A stretch of DNA of 32,222 nucleotides. Origin: a virus (taxonomy: Duplodnaviria > Caudoviricetes). The notes beneath the pieces are model-generated. The model did not search any database. It was given only the letters and a program-made list of their open reading frames with translations, and had not been told where the DNA came from. The stretch is from IMG/VR virus record IMGVR_UViG_3300044267_007955, positions 1 to 32,222 of that record. One strand, given 5' to 3'. Below are positions 8,023 to 15,490 of the stretch, one piece after another. How positions within the stretch are numbered: position 1 is the stretch's first letter; every line of letters starts with the position of its first letter. The translations under genes were made by a program, and so were the position numbers.

Positions 8023-9972
8023 ATGGTTGACCAACAAAAAAACCCAAGACAAGCAAATTCACCACTCTTCAAAAGACTGACCAGACTTTTTTCTGGACCA
8101 ATTGTAAACTACCGCGCACAGACTCCAAGGAGACTCCGAAGAGGTCAACTAAATAAATACGATTTCACTTCAGCAAGCGGAATGTCATTCAAAAAAGCTT
8201 CATATGAACCTCTAAGCGGGTACCCGATGAACTCTGTGATGGGGAACATAAGCAGGGCGGAGAGATATTCTGACTTCGATCAAATGGAGTACATGCCAGA
8301 ACTAGCTTCTGCAATGGATATTTATGCTGACGAGATGACAACATCGTCAGAACTACAAGAGCTTTTGCGTATTGATTGTGCGAATGATGAGATCAAGGCT
8401 GTTTTGGAAACTCTATACCATAACGTTCTCAACATTGACCATAATTTATTCGGATGGTGCCGAACTATGTGCAAGTTTGGCGACTACTTTCTTTATTTAG
8501 ATATTGACGAGCAGATGGGAATTACGAATGTAATTGGGCTACCAACTGCTGAAATTGAAAGATTGGAAGGTGAAGACAAGACAAATCCAAACTATGTCCA
8601 GTATCAATGGAACTCAGGTGGTCTGACGTTTGAGAACTGGCAGATTGGGCACTTTAGAATTTTAGGCAACGACAAATACGCCCCATACGGCACATCAGTG
8701 TTGGAGCCTGCCCGTCGCATTTGGAGACAACTCACTCTTCTTGAGGATGCAATGATGGCTTATCGTATCGTCAGATCTCCAGAGCGCCGCGTATTTTATA
8801 TTGATGTTGGTAACATCGCGCCAAATGACATTGAACAGTATATGCAAAAGGTCATGACTCAGATGAAACGTAATCAGGTTGTTGACCCAACCACTGGTCG
8901 CGTCGATTTGCGTTATAATCCAATGTCAGTTGAAGAGGACTATTTTATACCGACAAGAGGCAACGTTAGTTCTAGAATTGAAACATTAGCAGGGGGGACT
9001 TATACGGGCGACATTGATGACGTTAAGTACTTGAGAGATAAATTGTTTTCAGCGATCAAAATTCCTGCTTCCTATTTGACAACCTCTGAAGAAGGCGCTG
9101 AAGATAAAACAACTCTGGCACAAAAAGATATTCGCTTTGCCAGAACTATCCAAAGATTGCAGAGAGCAATTATAACTGAGCTTGAAAAGATTGGTATTAT
9201 CCACCTTTACACTCTCGGCTTCAGACAAGAAGACCTTATTTCCTTTAAGCTGTATCTCAACAACCCCTCTAGAATTGCTGAATTACAAGAACTTGAACAC
9301 TGGAGAACTAAATTTGAAATTGCGTCTAACGCAACAGAAGGATTCTTCAGCAAACGCTGGGTTGCACACAACATCTTCAACTTGTCTGACGAAGAATTCT
9401 TGAGAGTTCAAAGGGAAATGTTCCACGATAGAAAAGTTCAAGCCCTTCTTGACGCTGCTGGAGAAGCTGTTACCGCAGAAGGCGGAGCAGCCGGCGGAGG
9501 TTTGGGTGATGACTTGGGCGGCGATGAAGATCTTGGCGGAGACGATCTTGGTGGAGATGAGGATCTCGGCGGAGACGATCTTGGTGGAGATGAAGCCGGT
9601 GGAGAAGAAGGCGGAGAGGATGATGTTCTCTTAGCAACCCCAGACGCCGGCGGCGAAGAACTTCCTGCTAAAAGAGATGAAAGCGGCAGGGCTATGACCA
9701 CAACTCCTAAATCAAAAGGCAAACACTACACTCCACGCATAAGTAATAACCCTGCCGGTCACCGTAAGAGAAACATGAAAGGCAAGTATGCAGGGGATAG
9801 TATTGGAAGCATCAGAGACATTCTTCCGGGTTTTGAGCTTGCAAAAGGAATTTACGAGAGTAAAGAGTCTAATTATGAGAACGAAGAGAAAAAAGTTTTT
9901 GAAGTAAATAATGAAATAAAGAAGCTTATAAACGAATTGGAGTCCAAAGATAATGAAGCTAAAGCACAATAA
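8023..9972 (+). CDS. gp20: Portal vertex protein (T4 gp20-like) with long C-terminal extension
   Basis: EDAMMAYRIVRSPERRVFYIDVGN, EEDYFIPTR, IDDVKYLRDKL, KIPASYL motifs. Confidence 0.96.
   Translation: MVDQQKNPRQANSPLFKRLTRLFSGPIVNYRAQTPRRLRRGQLNKYDFTSASGMSFKKASYEPLSGYPMNSVMGNISRAERYSDFDQMEYMPELASAMDIYADEMTTSSELQELLRIDCANDEIKAVLETLYHNVLNIDHNLFGWCRTMCKFGDYFLYLDIDEQMGITNVIGLPTAEIERLEGEDKTNPNYVQYQWNSGGLTFENWQIGHFRILGNDKYAPYGTSVLEPARRIWRQLTLLEDAMMAYRIVRSPERRVFYIDVGNIAPNDIEQYMQKVMTQMKRNQVVDPTTGRVDLRYNPMSVEEDYFIPTRGNVSSRIETLAGGTYTGDIDDVKYLRDKLFSAIKIPASYLTTSEEGAEDKTTLAQKDIRFARTIQRLQRAIITELEKIGIIHLYTLGFRQEDLISFKLYLNNPSRIAELQELEHWRTKFEIASNATEGFFSKRWVAHNIFNLSDEEFLRVQREMFHDRKVQALLDAAGEAVTAEGGAAGGGLGDDLGGDEDLGGDDLGGDEDLGGDDLGGDEAGGEEGGEDDVLLATPDAGGEELPAKRDESGRAMTTTPKSKGKHYTPRISNNPAGHRKRNMKGKYAGDSIGSIRDILPGFELAKGIYESKESNYENEEKKVFEVNNEIKKLINELESKDNEAKAQ
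9511..9594 (+). repeat. In-frame tandem repeat encoding (DLGGD[E])x5
   Basis: 33-bp unit at 9529-9561 and 9562-9594 differing at 2 positions, plus a partial unit at 9511-9528. Confidence 0.9.
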
Positions 9973-10777
9973 AAAAAGAAACACGGCATTTTTGTTTGAG
10001 GTTTTGGTTAGAGAACTGACAAAATCTGTAATACAAAAGAGGTCTGATTACGGAATAAAAATTAGCAAGATCGTTAAAGAGCATTTTGGAAAAGGCACCC
10101 TATTGAAAAAAGAGTTGGAAATATATAAATCCTTGCAAGAAGAATCAGGGCTACAGCCGTATGTTGCAGAAAAGCTTATTTTTGAGGCAAAAAAGCAACA
10201 CAATGAGCTTGATAAGAGGCAAATTTTTCAAGAACAAAGCGCCCTAATCAACAAAATCAACAAAGAACTGACACCGGATGTGTTTTCGCAGTTTGTACCA
10301 AACTATAAAAGCATTGCAACCATCCATCAAATATTCAACGACTCCCTTTCTCCAAAAAAGAAAGTATTATTAGAAACTACAGTTCTTGAGACATTAACGT
10401 CTGCCGAACAATTGACTGAGGCTAAAGCTGACAAGGTTGATAACTTGGTAATTAAGAAGTTTGTTGAGCGCTACAACAAACAATATGAATCAGCCGATCT
10501 TCATGAGGAGCAAAAAAAGTTGCTTCAAAAATATGTCATGTCTTTTTCAGATAATGGTTTAGATCTGAACATATATTTGAATGAAGAAATTGGAAGATTA
10601 AAAAACATCCTTTCTGAGAGTGACGACGTAAAAGAAATAGCAGAGGATGTTGAAATGGTTGAAAAAAGTGAAAAAATCCTAAACATTCTCGAATCTTTTA
10701 GAAAAGAGCCTGTGTCAATTGACATGGTAAAAAAAGTTTTGAGAGTGCAAAATTTAGCTAGAGAGATACAAAACTAA
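9953..10777 (+). CDS. Conserved-looking helical protein after portal (candidate prohead core protein)
   Basis: MKLKHNKKRNTAFLFE start; helical; multiple LxE sites; position between portal and protease. Confidence 0.6.
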   Translation: MKLKHNKKRNTAFLFEVLVRELTKSVIQKRSDYGIKISKIVKEHFGKGTLLKKELEIYKSLQEESGLQPYVAEKLIFEAKKQHNELDKRQIFQEQSALINKINKELTPDVFSQFVPNYKSIATIHQIFNDSLSPKKKVLLETTVLETLTSAEQLTEAKADKVDNLVIKKFVERYNKQYESADLHEEQKKLLQKYVMSFSDNGLDLNIYLNEEIGRLKNILSESDDVKEIAEDVEMVEKSEKILNILESFRKEPVSIDMVKKVLRVQNLAREIQN

Positions 10778-11337
10778 TGGCACTATCAATAAAAGTAGGG
10801 GCAGCAGCCCAAGAAGAAGCACCGCAAGAGGAGGTCAAAAAAGACCCACAAGCAACTGTTTCTATGAATATTAGAAAAACTTTGGATGGCAATTATATGG
10901 TTTTTGACCATCCAGAGATTGATATCGCCATTCTGCCCGAAACTAACAAAGTCGTAACTTTTGCAAAAGAAAAACACAGCAAGCATGTTTATGAGGCACA
11001 AGACAGACTGTTTTCTTTTTTGAGAAAAAAGGGTGTTATACAATTGGGTTCCGTGCAAGGCGGAAATGTATATAATTCTTTAGAAGCTGTGATACCAGAA
11101 TCAAAAGTAGAGGGTGTGGACTCCACTCAAAGTGTTTTATACAACATTTCTAAATTTTTAGAAGAAGAGAGACCATACTATGAGTATGTCAAGGCATATC
11201 ATGACCAATTTGAAGAAGAGTTAGTCGAACCAGATGCAGAACACTCCACAGAGCTTGGAGAAGTCCCACAAGAGGAGACAAAAGGCTCAATCTTCCCCGG
11301 CATGGCCCCATACGGATTATATTACGAATACAGATAA
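10777..11337 (+). CDS. Hypothetical head-module protein
   Basis: TAATG overlap, 186-aa ORF with acidic C-terminus. Confidence 0.75.
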   Translation: MALSIKVGAAAQEEAPQEEVKKDPQATVSMNIRKTLDGNYMVFDHPEIDIAILPETNKVVTFAKEKHSKHVYEAQDRLFSFLRKKGVIQLGSVQGGNVYNSLEAVIPESKVEGVDSTQSVLYNISKFLEEERPYYEYVKAYHDQFEEELVEPDAEHSTELGEVPQEETKGSIFPGMAPYGLYYEYR

Positions 11338-11350
11338 CAAGAGAGGTATT

Positions 11351-11659
11351 TTGGAACTTTTATATTTTATTCTCACTTCATATGGATTAACTCAAATCCT
11401 AGTTTACGGCAGCATATTTGAAAAACAAAGAGAGTACATTCTAGAAAAGTCAGAATGGTTTGGCAAGCTGGTGCATTGCCCCATGTGCACAGGCTTCTGG
11501 GTTGGGGTCTTTTTGTTTGGGATAAACGGTTTTACAGAACTATTTACATTTGATTATAATATCGCCAATTTATTGATTCTAGGTTGGCTAGCTTCTGGAA
11601 CATCATACATCATTAGCATGATTTTTGATGATTCTGGTATAAAAATCAACGGAGGATAA
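11351..11659 (+). CDS. Small multi-pass membrane protein with CxxC (DUF1360-like)
   Basis: Start reassigned to TTG 11351 (GAGAGGT RBS upstream); about 3 hydrophobic helices; LVHCPMCTGFWVG motif. Confidence 0.7.
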   Translation: MELLYFILTSYGLTQILVYGSIFEKQREYILEKSEWFGKLVHCPMCTGFWVGVFLFGINGFTELFTFDYNIANLLILGWLASGTSYIISMIFDDSGIKINGG

Positions 11660-11660
11660 C

Positions 11661-11711
11661 ATGAAGCGTTGGAAATTGCAACCAGTCAGAAGATGTTGTA
11701 AAGGGTCCTAG
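11661..11711 (+). CDS. Unannotated 16-aa peptide MKRWKLQPVRRCCKGS
   Basis: GGAGG at 11651-11655, ATG 2 nt after upstream stop, fills the gap before the protease. Confidence 0.6.
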   Translation: MKRWKLQPVRRCCKGS

Positions 11712-11746
11712 CTCGAACGGGTTGCGCCCGTATAAGGAAATAGATT

Positions 11747-12349
11747 ATGTCAAAAAAGCTTTTGAGAGAATATTATGAACTTTGTGAGGGTGGTGTATGC
11801 CAAGACCTTCTTACTGAGGAAGAGAAAAAATTTGTATCTAATGGAGGAATGATTCTTACCGGCAAGTTACAAGAGGCTGAAGTTCAAAATGGAAATGGCA
11901 GAGTATATCCTCAAAAAGTATTGCATCGCGAGATGCAAAATTATGATAAACTTGTTAGAGAGCGACGAGCCTTGGGTGAATTAGACCACCCAGATGACTC
12001 AGTGATCAACCTCAAGAACGCATCTCACCTCGTAACAGAAGTTTGGTGGGACGGCAACTCAGTGATGGGGAAGGTCAAAGTATTGGACACCCCGTCAGGC
12101 AAAGTCCTTCGGTCTTTGGTGGACTCTGGTGTTTCACTGGGAATTTCCTCCCGAGGTCTTGGCTCTGTATCAGAAGGTGCAAATGGCACTGTAACGGTTC
12201 AAGAAGATTTTCAATTGATTTGTTTTGATTTTGTTTCTGAACCATCAACACCCGGAGCTTACATGAGCTTGCAAGAAGGTGTAGAAAAACAAATATTCAG
12301 CAAAGCGGATAGAATCAACCGCGCCTTAAATTATGTTCTGGAGGACTAG
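11747..12349 (+). CDS. gp21: Prohead core protease (T4 gp21-like)
   Basis: NGNGRVYP, ALGELDHP (His), GISSRGLGS (Ser), FDFVSEPSTPGA. Confidence 0.96.
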   Translation: MSKKLLREYYELCEGGVCQDLLTEEEKKFVSNGGMILTGKLQEAEVQNGNGRVYPQKVLHREMQNYDKLVRERRALGELDHPDDSVINLKNASHLVTEVWWDGNSVMGKVKVLDTPSGKVLRSLVDSGVSLGISSRGLGSVSEGANGTVTVQEDFQLICFDFVSEPSTPGAYMSLQEGVEKQIFSKADRINRALNYVLED

Positions 12350-12775
12350 ATGAGAAAATCGGATCTCAAAAAATTGATAAAGCCAATAGTCAAAGAATGC
12401 ATACAAGAATCTCTTTTGGAAGACGGTGTTTTATCTAAGGTTATTTCAGAGGTAGCTGTAGGATTGTCATCCACGGAGACCATCACGGAACAACCTAAGA
12501 AAGAGGCGACAATGCCCACCACTAATAGAAGAGAGTCCGAGGCTATGGCAAATCTAAAGGAACAAAGGCAAAAAATGCTAGATGCAATAGGAAGAGATTC
12601 CATGAACGGTGTCAATGTTTTTGAGGGCACCGACCCCATGTCATCTTCTGGAGATATTAGCTCTACAGGGCCAAAAAGCGCCCTAACTGGTGTTGACCCT
12701 AAAGACGCCGGCGTTGATATTTCTGATTTGGCTGGGATATTTGGTGACACTTGGAAGGTGATAAAGAATGGCTAA
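12350..12775 (+). CDS. Hypothetical head-module protein
   Basis: MRKSDLKKLIKPIVKECIQE leader resembling MKITK..L..LI.EE; ITE site. Confidence 0.7.
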   Translation: MRKSDLKKLIKPIVKECIQESLLEDGVLSKVISEVAVGLSSTETITEQPKKEATMPTTNRRESEAMANLKEQRQKMLDAIGRDSMNGVNVFEGTDPMSSSGDISSTGPKSALTGVDPKDAGVDISDLAGIFGDTWKVIKNG

Positions 12776-13007
12776 ACCAGTTAATGTAGAAGTTACTCTA
12801 CGACCGGGAGAACACCCGGAAAGAATGATTAAGAGATTTATCAGGAAAGTAAAAAAATCTGGAATCATGGAAGAATGCAGAGAAAGAAAGTTTCATGAAA
12901 AAAGATCTGATAGAAATAGAAGAATTAAACAGGCTCGCAAACGAGCGAATAAGAAAGAAGTAGCCAACAAAAAGGCAAAAGAATTACAATTAGAGAGGGG
13001 AAGGTAA
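12768..13007 (+). CDS. rpsU: Phage-encoded 30S ribosomal protein bS21
   Basis: V.lrpGE.pErmIKRFiRKVkKsGImeEcReRkfhEKrS..rR, matching the bS21 pattern; 79 aa, highly basic. Confidence 0.88.
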   Translation: MAKPVNVEVTLRPGEHPERMIKRFIRKVKKSGIMEECRERKFHEKRSDRNRRIKQARKRANKKEVANKKAKELQLERGR

Positions 13008-13430
13008 ATGGGTAATTATTATCAATATTCAAAAGGCGTTGGAAACGTCGGTTCATATCAAATGTCTGGTATACCTTATGCAAAAGCTTCTTTTGCAGTG
13101 GCTGGACTTGGAAGCGCCCCAACTGAGATTGAATTTCCTCATGTCACAAAGTTTGTGACCATCGCTAACACAAACACGGGTACAAATATTCCACTAAGGT
13201 TCGGCTTTAGTTCACATGGTGTAAGTGGATCCGCAGCAGGTGCTGATGGTGATTATTACTTTGTTTTAGACAATGGAGATTCATACACAGGGGAGTTCCG
13301 AATTACAAATCTGTATTTATTGAGTGACACAGCTAGCACACCAACATCAGCTTCAATCATTGCTGGATTGACCGGGATTGAAAAAAGAGAGTTGACTAAC
13401 AATTGGACTGGATCCGTAGGGGTGGGCTAG
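13008..13430 (+). CDS. Small beta-rich virion protein (candidate head decoration)
   Basis: Gly/Ser/Thr-rich beta-strand composition, location in head module. Confidence 0.5.
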   Translation: MGNYYQYSKGVGNVGSYQMSGIPYAKASFAVAGLGSAPTEIEFPHVTKFVTIANTNTGTNIPLRFGFSSHGVSGSAAGADGDYYFVLDNGDSYTGEFRITNLYLLSDTASTPTSASIIAGLTGIEKRELTNNWTGSVGVG

Positions 13431-13433
13431 TGA

Positions 13434-14387
13434 ATGAACAGGAATGGTTTAGGATCTAAAAGAGCAAAATCTATCTCCTCCACTCAGACGGGCAAACGCC
13501 GAGTTGCCGATGTAGGTCCAGATAGAATCATTCGCCACTTTGGTGCCAGCGATATTAAGGGCTGGTATGATGCCACACAACCTGAGATTGCTGGAACAGC
13601 TAATGATACCAATCTAGATTTCTGGTATGATAAAGGACCAGACCAAACTCACCTTTATAAAAAAAGCAGCGAAGTGCCACACTACATCCATGATGGACTA
13701 AATGGACGCCCAATTATCCGTGGCACAGGTGCAAATAACGAGCACTATGTTACAGCGGATTCAGGGGGCAGTGCGAAGAATGTTGATTGGGGTGCATCCT
13801 GTAGCGTATTTGTTTTGATAAAAACAGAAAATGATGACAACAATCAAGGTATCTTTGGGGGCACCTCTACTGGAACTGTTCCAAAGTCGAGGTTTGGTTG
13901 TGGATCCTTGCAAACCGCTAATCCGGATAGTTTAAGAGTAGAGTGTTTTGGTAGAGTTGATAATGGCGGAGAAGTGAACTTTCGTGCAGATAATTTCTTT
14001 AATATGACAGGCAGCACTGGGGTTTCAACCTGTAGAAATCAATTTGCCTTATACTATCTCGAATATAAGATAAATACCAACACAGCGAATGCAGATAACG
14101 CCTTCACTAGAAATGTTTACGCAAAAGAGGCAATCGCGTCCTTTGACGTTTCTTCGACCGGACTGGAAGAGGCTGATAAAGTGACTGCTGCTGCCGCAAC
14201 AACCATGGCAGCTAAGGGATTTGACACGGCACAATTGCAGGTTTTCCGAAACATTCACGACAGTATGGATGATCTTGACGGCGAAATGGGTTTCATCATG
14301 TTTTCCAACAGGCACTACTCGCTAAAAGAGAGGCAGATGATCTCAAAAGCCATCCAACAAATATACGGATACGCAGATATAAACTAA
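13434..14387 (+). CDS. Putative lectin/LamG-like beta-sandwich virion protein
   Basis: GWYDA...W.DK...P.Y...GLNGRP pattern and terminal GEMGFIMFSNR helix typical of ConA-like phage domains. Confidence 0.5.
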   Translation: MNRNGLGSKRAKSISSTQTGKRRVADVGPDRIIRHFGASDIKGWYDATQPEIAGTANDTNLDFWYDKGPDQTHLYKKSSEVPHYIHDGLNGRPIIRGTGANNEHYVTADSGGSAKNVDWGASCSVFVLIKTENDDNNQGIFGGTSTGTVPKSRFGCGSLQTANPDSLRVECFGRVDNGGEVNFRADNFFNMTGSTGVSTCRNQFALYYLEYKINTNTANADNAFTRNVYAKEAIASFDVSSTGLEEADKVTAAAATTMAAKGFDTAQLQVFRNIHDSMDDLDGEMGFIMFSNRHYSLKERQMISKAIQQIYGYADIN

Positions 14388-14410
14388 AAAGGCTTTTTCG
14401 CTTTTTATCC

Positions 14411-14420
14411 ACTAATTATA
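14411..14420 (+). promoter_or_regulatory. Putative late promoter ACTAATTATA (scaffold/capsid operon)
   Basis: Same motif recurs in the other large intergenic gaps. Confidence 0.65.
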
Positions 14421-14465
14421 AACGATGTAATATATCTACAAGCACTTAAATACAGGAGCAAAAAA

Positions 14466-15473
14466 ATGTCTAATATGTTAGAACAAGCAATTGTTGATGC
14501 AGAAGCACTCAAAGAAGCTGCGCTACAAAATGCTGAACAAGCCGTTATTGAAAAATATCAATCAGAAATTAAAAACGCTGTTGAGGCACTTTTGGAGCAG
14601 GATGAAGAAGATCTTCTTGATGAGCCTCTTGATGATGAAGACGGATTAGAATCAGACGAGGATCTTGCACAACAAATGCCACTTGCTTCCACAGAAGGCG
14701 ACAAGCTTTGCCCATGCCCAGATGATGAGGAAGAAGTTGAAATTGATTTTGATCAATTATCGCAACAGATGCAAGCATCAGATGCAGAGGCGGGGGGGGG
14801 AATTCCCGCTTTAGACTCTCCACTAGCGGAAAATATTAATGAAGAAGCTGATGAAGAAGAGGTGGAAGAAGAAATTCAAATCACCGAGGAAGAGCTTGTA
14901 GATATTTTAGAAGAACTCACACTCGATATGGAGCCTACAAAGGCTGGCTGGTTACAAAGACCAGACTCAAGTGTTGAGCATGAAATCGATATTCTTCAAA
15001 CCAAAGTTGAAGAACCTCTTGATGTTAAAGAACTAGAAGAAGAGGAAAAAGAAGATGAAGATCTCAGCGAAGCTCTAAAGGTATTAGAGGGTGCTGAGAG
15101 AGAAATTTATCGACTCGAAGAAAAAGCCGATAAATACAAAGAAATGCTTTTGCAGATGAAGAATACCTTGACAGAGGTAAACCTTCAGAACGCAAAACTA
15201 CTCTATACAAATCAGGTCTTGGTTGACGACTCCCTGAATGAGCGACAAAAAAATAAAATTGTCGAGGCAATCATGAAATCTGGTTCTGTAGAAGAGACAA
15301 AGACAATTTTCGAGGCACTTCAAAGCACGGTGGGTGCACAACCAAACAAAAAGGTTGCGCCAAAATCACTTAGCGAGGCAGTTGAGAGAAGGTCTACAAC
15401 ATTACCTAGAAGGGTAGAAAAGGAATCCCATTCGTATTCGGATAGGATGAAAATTTTAGCTGGTATTAACTAA
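14466..15473 (+). CDS. gp22: Prohead scaffolding/core protein (T4 gp22-like)
   Basis: Very acidic coiled coil with many [IL]xE sites immediately before major capsid; EVNLQNAKLLY motif; C-terminal RMKILAGI. Confidence 0.85.
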   Translation: MSNMLEQAIVDAEALKEAALQNAEQAVIEKYQSEIKNAVEALLEQDEEDLLDEPLDDEDGLESDEDLAQQMPLASTEGDKLCPCPDDEEEVEIDFDQLSQQMQASDAEAGGGIPALDSPLAENINEEADEEEVEEEIQITEEELVDILEELTLDMEPTKAGWLQRPDSSVEHEIDILQTKVEEPLDVKELEEEEKEDEDLSEALKVLEGAEREIYRLEEKADKYKEMLLQMKNTLTEVNLQNAKLLYTNQVLVDDSLNERQKNKIVEAIMKSGSVEETKTIFEALQSTVGAQPNKKVAPKSLSEAVERRSTTLPRRVEKESHSYSDRMKILAGIN

Positions 15474-15490
15474 TATAGGAGAAAATAAAC

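Noticed and set aside
9511-9594. Repeat as CRISPR or mini-array
   Set aside because: No spacers; in-frame coding tandem repeat
11234-11350. ORF-track N-terminal extension of the membrane protein
   Set aside because: Overlaps the upstream gene by about 100 nt; TTG 11351 has a GAGAGGT RBS
11709-11735. TAG plus hairpin as a pyrrolysine/readthrough or recoding signal
   Set aside because: Readthrough adds only 8 codons; TAG, TGA and TAA all end conserved genes cleanly here, so no alternative genetic code is indicated
14386-14406. AAAAAGGCTTTTT as terminator
   Set aside because: Stem almost all A-U with too short a loop
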